Source of the DNA: Zygnema circumcarinatum SAG 698-1b
Taxonomy: Eukaryota; Plantae; Zygnematophyceae
Assembly: GCA_037447605.1 (NCBI GenBank)
Contig: CM074819.1
Location: 2,221,580-2,285,579, forward strand
DNA length: 64,000 nt
Direction of reading: 5' to 3'
The position numbers and the translations under genes were made by a program. Positions 57,839 to 64,000 of the stretch are shown here, piece by piece; positions within the stretch are counted from its first letter, which is position 1; each line of letters starts with the position of its first letter. A model generated the notes under the pieces. It was not told the origin of the DNA and searched no databases. It saw only the letters and a list, made by a program, of their open reading frames with translations.

Positions 57839-60800
57839 CTACTCCGCCATGGCGGCCGCCTCCAGCAGGGTGTTGCAGAACTTGTCCGTTCTGGCGGAGC
57901 GCAGGCCCGAGGGCACGGTCTGGCAGAACTCCTCCGGGGAGGTGCCCTTCACTATGGGCCCCGCCAGCAGCTCCTCCACTGCGGGGCCGCCCGCGTCCTG
58001 CTCCGTCAGGGTTTGGCCCGCCTGTCCCTGACTCATAGCGCCAATCTGCAGGGAAGGGAAAGGGAGGGAAGGGAAGGGAGGGAGGGAGGGAGGGAGGGAG
58101 GGAGGGAGAGAGTAAGGCGAAGGGTTGGAGAACATAACTTATACCTCAAGCAGAGGTGGCGAGAGGGGTGTTAAGGGAGTGAGGGAAAGAGAGGTAGCAG
58201 GTAGTAGTAGTGTGCATGCATACCACATTAGGGTTTCCTGCCCCGCCGGTGGAGAAGAGCGACATGAGCGTGAAGGGCACGGCCGCAGCGCCGAGCGCCC
58301 CGAGGACCAAGTTCTGAAGGAAGGCCGTCTGCGCGTCCGCCTCCCCTGAAACGGCGACGGCGGTCCCCGATGCGGTCATGGACTGGGTCATGGAGGTCAT
58401 CTGCGACTTCATTTGCGTCTCCATCTCCTGCACGCCCCCGCCCTTCTACACACGTACAGGCGCCTGTCAGGACCACTTCTTCCAACTCCTCGCAGTGCTT
58501 TGGAGGGTCCGTGAGGTCTGGACATGCAAGTGTTCAGAGGTCACAAATTCCCATGTCAATGAAGCAGGCGAAGCGTGTGATATCACGCATCTAATAAAAT
58601 GCACTCACCGCAACAAACATGCTCTTCTCGATGTCGTTCCAATGGCGCGGCTTCTTCCCTGCCGCCTGCAGGGCCTGCTCGAGCTCAGAAGCCAAACGGT
58701 CGGCTCTGATCTGTGTGTCCTTCAGCTCTGCTGCCATCTTCACTGCCTCCTTCCTACAAATCGCAGCACATAATCAATCAATCAATCAGACAAGCCTAAA
58801 ACTTTTAAGATTCTCACAAAAGCTAAACATTCAGTTCAGCTGCCTGTCATCTCAAGTTTCTTCCTCTCTTCTTACCTGAGCTTCTTGGTGGTTTCATCTG
58901 CTTCCATTGCGATCTTCAGCACTCCCGAACCGTCTTCGAGCGCCGCCATAAGCTTCCCCTCCCTCTCCTTCACCATCTGCAGCTCCTCCTCCAACTCCAT
59001 GGATGACAACTCGAACGCCGCCACCTTCTCGCGATACTTGCTTGCCTGCGCATAAGCGACCTCCTCCTTCCTCTCCAGGGCCTCCACCTTCTTCTGCAGC
59101 AGCTTCACCTGCTCCTGTGCATCCGCCGCCGCCTGCTTCGCCGCCGCTTCCTTCTCCTTCAAACTCTCAATGTGGCGATAGAAGAAGTGCACTCGCTCGC
59201 CTGCACAGCCCCATTCCTCCCCTCCTGCCAACCATCAGTCCCCCACCACAAAGAGACATGCATGGAACTGTCGCAGGCCACGGAGATCACAGTTATCGCA
59301 CGCACACGGGAGGGGGGGCACACATACGCACGCACACTCGGACACACTCGCGGGGGCAGATATCTGGCTGAAACCAATATTTCATTTCTTGGGTGAGATC
59401 TGTACATTTATACACCTTCCATATAGGTTACTTCCCCGTCCCTAGAAACCCTATCCCTGCTCCTTAAACGCGAACATATACAATAAGGGGGCTCTACCGC
59501 AGCAGGCGCGGGGCTGCTACCACCAGAGTCCTCCCTAGAACACTTCCCAACACAGCCTTCGCCATCTGAACCTGCATTTGCCGAATGGCTGCTGTCCAAT
59601 AGGGAGCCATCTGCTTCTCAGCTTTACGCTTCAGATCATTCTTAATCTTTGTGAAATTGGGAGCACCTGCAGCCTTTGCAGCTTCGATGGCTGCCATCTC
59701 CTTCACCTCCAGCTTTGCCACCTGACTCGACAGGTTCGTTATCTTCTGATCTGCCTCCGCCGCTGCCTTGTCTGCTGCCGCCAACTTCTCCCGCAGCTCC
59801 GAAACCTGCAGAGTGAAGGTGCGGATGCGTGCATCTGTGGCCACCTTCGACTTCTCCTCCCTCTCCTTCAGCATCTCCATGCGTCGCTGGAAAAACTGCA
59901 CCTGCTCCTTGGCGGTAGAGGCCTGCTCGAGGGACTTGGAGGAAATCTTCTTCGCTGCCTCCACCTCTGCACTCATCTCCTTCACCACTGCCGCAGTGCG
60001 TTCCGCAATCTCCCTCTGTGCCTTTCCTACCACCCTAGCTTCGAAGGCCGCCATTCTCTCCTCCGCCTGCTTCGTCGCCTTCTCCTCCTTCTCCTTCAGC
60101 AGCTCTATGCGGCGAAGGAAAAACTGCACCTGGTCTTGTGCATATGTTGCCGCATCCGTGGCCTTGCTCGCCTTCTTCTGAGCTGCTTCCAGCTCTGCCA
60201 GCAGCCGCTGCACCTCCGCAGTCTGCACCTTCCCTCCCTCTCAAAATAAGCATTCCAGATTGCCAAATATCACGAGTGCAAATTTTTAACAATAATAGAG
60301 ATAGGCAGCCTCTCACCTGGTCAGTGCTGGCAGTGCCTGTTGACGCAGCTGCAGTCGCAGTGTTTCCTTGCATCTGCAGCGACTGCAGCTGCTTAGAAAG
60401 CTGAGCTACCTCCGTCTTCAACAGAGCAACCTGCTCCTTCGCAGAAGCTTCCCTCCGAGCTGTCATTTCAAGCTCCTCTCCGAGCTTGGACACCTTTGCA
60501 AGTGCCTCCTGCGCCAACTCCTTTGTGGCATCCTCCCTCTCCTTCAAAGCAATAACTTGCCTGAAAAATCAGCAAGAAAACGGAGAAAACTGCTCACTCA
60601 CAAGCTCTCCGCAACTACACACTCCAACAAGCTGATTCATTGCGGAAAGGTTCGAACCTCTGGAAGAATTCAACTCGCTCTTTTGCGATTGATGCTGCGG
60701 CTGACGCGGCAGTTTCCATGCTGGATAGTTCTGTGATCTTCGATGCCAAAGTTTTCGCATCCGAAGGAGACGTGGATGCACTGGTGATCTGCAGTCAACC

Positions 60801-63724
60801 GCATCATCCAAAAATAAGCAACTTCTCTCCACACAACAAATCCATAAAACGACCACTACAAACATCACAGAAACCCACTCCTCACATTCTTCAGAAGCTC
60901 CTTCACGCGATCATTCGCAGCATCCTTCGCCCTCTGCGCCTCCTTCAAGCTCGCCTCCATGGAACTCAGCTTCGTTGCCACGAAGTCAGCCTTCGCCTTC
61001 GCCCCGTGCAACTCCTTCCTTGCCACTGCCTCTGCGTGACGGAGTTTTTCCACTTGCAGTGCGAGATCCCTTGCTTTAGAAGTTGCAGATTCCGCCGCTG
61101 CTCTCGCCTCCGCTTCCCTCTGTTCGAGCCCTCTCACTCTCTCAGTGGCGGCAGCGAGAGCCTCTCTCGCTTCGGCCGCGGACTTAGTCGCAGAGCCTTC
61201 TGAGAGTTTCAGAGTCTGCACCTGCCGGGCAAGCCCCTCTTTATCCTTCACCGCTGCATTCATAGCAAGGCGAGCCTCAGCCTCCTTGTCTTTCAGAGAT
61301 TGGAGTTGGCGGTTGAAGAATTCGAGCCGGTCCCTTGATGAGTTTGCAGCCTCCATGGCCTTCTCTGCATTCGCCTGTGGTGATTGCGGAGGATGATAGT
61401 GTGAGGAGGAGAAAGTTTGCAACCTTTGAATGAGTAAGAGGAGCAATCTTCGTAAGTGAAACTACGGTTAAAGGATGCTGTGAATCACCTTGAATGCGGC
61501 TAACTCCTCAAGCGCGCGATTCGCCTCTAGCCTTGTAACCTGTAACAGTCGAAATTAACATCACAGAACCGAACGAGTCGAAATTAGGACCTTAAATGTG
61601 ATCATTTTGAATGTTCGAATGCTTTGCTCTTTCTTTTTACTTTAAGTAGTTCTTTTAGTCCTCACTCACCCTGCTAATGGCCTCCGTGAGAGTGACATCT
61701 GTCGCCACCCCGCGATCGAAGGCTTCCGCCACAAGGAGCTGCTGGGCAGTCTGCACAGTTCAACACAGAAACATATCTCAGTAACACAGTTCGCTCCTGT
61801 GATCAGCAGCAATAGAAAGGGTCCCCCCAAAAAAATGCAGGAAATCTGACCAGCCAATCGTCTGCTGGCGTTCCTGGCTGCTTCGCTGCAACCCGATGTT
61901 GAGCAACTTCATGAGCAAGCGCGGAAACTCTCTTCAGATCTCCGGCAGCCATGCGGGTCTTGGCCTGCATTGTGGACAACAAGGGAAAAGGGTCAGAAAG
62001 ACTTTGGGGGATGATTATGGAAGTGCAGATGATGTGTGGATCAATGTGAGGAGGATACAACAGCAACAGGAGTGAAATTCACAATCAGAATCGCAATACT
62101 GTAGCATGTGAATTGATATCCCACCTCTTCCCACGATTCAAAGTGGGGCTGAGCAGCCTGATTGTTGGCACTGATGATTTCGACAGCGTCAGTGAACTCC
62201 ATCCCCTTCACAAAGGTCAGGTACCTGGAAAAAATAGAAGCACACGTTAGCCGAGATAAGGAAGAGAGAAGAGAGATGGAAAGGGGCAGAGAGCGAGAGA
62301 GGGAGAGAGAGAGAGCGAGAGAGAAGGGGGGGGGGGGCTCACCCTAGAGCCACCAATGGACTGCGGTCCACCCCCGAGGTGCAGCACACGTGCACTTTAT
62401 AGCCTAATGCCACGAGCGATGCGACAGCTCTCACAGCCTCCGGCAAAGCAGCAGCCTGTACAAAAAAAATCGCACTTTACACGTAAGGAAATGTTATCCA
62501 TAAAGCTACCAGCAGCAGCAGTTCAATCAGTCTGCCATGATCTATGTGCCAATCTGGCCCAACCGCACCTGGTCCTGGTAGTCCCCGTCCCTCATGGAGA
62601 TTCTGACGGCCATCAAACCCTTCTGGCTGGCCCTTTCCCGGAACTTTCCCCAGTCGAGGCCGAGTTTGTCACAGCCGTCTTCCGTCTGCAGACCATCAAA
62701 AGCAATTGATCAGTTTTCACTAACAGGAGTTGTTAAAAAACGGCCTCCAATGATATTCTTAACTATGTTGCAAGTACGCAGAAGTAGTCAGCGGACGACT
62801 GACCTCAAGGAAAAGGAGTGCGGTGGTCTTGGTGTTGGCGAGAAGGACATCGAGATCGCGAGGAGAGCGCGGGCACGGCCCCATGGACAGCTCCTCAGAG
62901 AGCACGCTCCATGCAGGGGGCACCGCCTGCGAAGTACCTGAACACTCCAAATGCACTCCAATTCAGAGCCTTCCCCCCGTTTCGCATATCCTTTCTAATA
63001 TCTAACCACCAAAACTCCTCTTTCTCACTTTCAGCCCCCTCCCTTTCCCTACTGTTCCAGCCTTCACCATCTCCTCTCCCTCCCTCTCGAATTCCCATTT
63101 CGTTAGCTTATCTTTCCGACACTGGCCCCCCAATCAATTTTTCCATTCCAATCCATCAACTAATTTCCCTCACAGATATTCTTCTCTCTCAGTTTCTCAG
63201 CCATTTCTTCCTTTTTAAGTCCTTCTCCCTACCACTTCCCCAACCTGTTCCATTTCCCATTCCCCTTTCCCTCCTCCCTCATTCTCTGCTCCCTTTCCCT
63301 TTCCTCTCCTCTGCATTGCCCTCCCTTGCTCCTGTGGAAGTCTCCATTGAAATTTCTACAAGTTCCCCTGCCTGTCCCTCTCCCTCCCCTTCCCCTCCCC
63401 CCTCGCACACACTCTCACTCCCCTCCCCCTTCCGAAAGCGGACAGCTGGACCGCACCCGAAGAGCGCCACGTGGCGACCCCCGTGGACGGCGCCGTGGCA
63501 ACAGCATTGGTCCTGATTGGCGCGCCTCTGCGGGCGGGCGCCTTCCCCGCGCTCCCGCGCACAAGCAGCGGTCGCTGCCGCCCGTGGGCGTGTCGCCTGC
63601 CTAGCACGGGCAGGCCCTGGATGCTGCTGCTGCTGCAGGAGGAGGAGGAGGAGGGCACACCCTTCGCCGCAGCTGTGCTTTTCTCCAGAAGCGCTACCGA
63701 CGAGCTTAGGTTTACTGCCGCCAT
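57839..63724 (-). CDS. Plastid-targeted glucan-phosphatase-like (SEX4/LSF family) DSP domain, long coiled coil and C-terminal hydrophobic anchor, about 1,100 aa
   Basis: Exons 63724-63457 (transit peptide), 62937-62804, 62685-62569, 62455-62343 (KVHVCCTSGVDRSP), 62224-62125, 61964-61851, 61750-61670, 61539-61489 and 61374-60886 are all GT-AG and phase-consistent. Further coiled-coil exons run to about 58610, then an exon with LVLGALGAAAVPFTLMSLF (about 58415-58225) and a last exon about 58045-57839. Confidence 0.85.
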
Positions 63725-64000
63725 GCTCTCTATCTTGATGAGCCGAGAAAAGCAGTACAGAGAGAGAGGGGAGGGAGGAAGAGAGAGGGGAGGGAGGGAG
63801 AGGGAGGGGAGGGAGGGGAGGGAGGGAGAGGGAGGGGAGGGAGGGAGGGAGGGAGGGAAAGAGGGAGGAAGGAGGGGGGCGAGGGGCCCGTGCGGCAGTG
63901 GCAGAGCGAGGAGGGCGCTAAGAGGGCCGGACGCAGCGCAGCCGCACGCAGGGCGGGGCCCTGCACGGGCTCCACGTGGCGCGGGTGGATAAGGGGCACG

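Noticed and set aside
57839-63724. Chlamydomonas-type Rubisco-binding W[RK]xxL motifs in the DSP-coiled-coil protein
   Set aside because: The Trp-containing segments (DWGKF, DDWL, YWTA, HWND) do not fit the motif, so direct Rubisco binding is unsupported.
1-64000. tRNA, rRNA or snRNA genes; intact LTR, LINE or DNA transposon ORFs
   Set aside because: None were recognised by eye. Short RNAs could be missed without tRNAscan or Infernal.

Overview
Eukaryotic nuclear DNA from a streptophyte green plant, most likely a charophyte alga (inference from plant-type RPL13A, PRP18, WDR74, PATROL1 and DPD1 sequences alongside an algal CAH3-type lumenal carbonic anhydrase). It has GT-AG introns, GA/CT microsatellites, telomere-like intronic arrays and four 10-N gaps. 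I assembled 11 protein-coding genes by hand: a plastid TPR protein, WDR74/NSA1, a mosaic single-pass surface protein, two intronless proteins sharing an unrecognised helical domain, a DPD1-exonuclease/MutS/DnaX-like fusion, RPL13A, PRP18, PATROL1, a Tat-targeted alpha-carbonic anhydrase, and a plastid glucan-phosphatase-like/coiled-coil/membrane-anchor protein. The strongest novelty candidate is the gene at 21692-30790 (-). It joins an intact-motif DEDDh 3'-5' exonuclease, a bacterial-type MutS with degenerate mismatch-reading, clamp and ATPase motifs, and a DnaX/STICHEL-like C-terminal domain whose last exon is missing from the ORF track. Other highlights are a decayed bacterial uvrC fragment (about 42.7-43.05 kb), the new domain family with C-terminal di-Cys motifs, and the phosphatase-coiled-coil gene beside the CAH3-like gene. 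All family assignments rest on recalled motifs; no searches were run.
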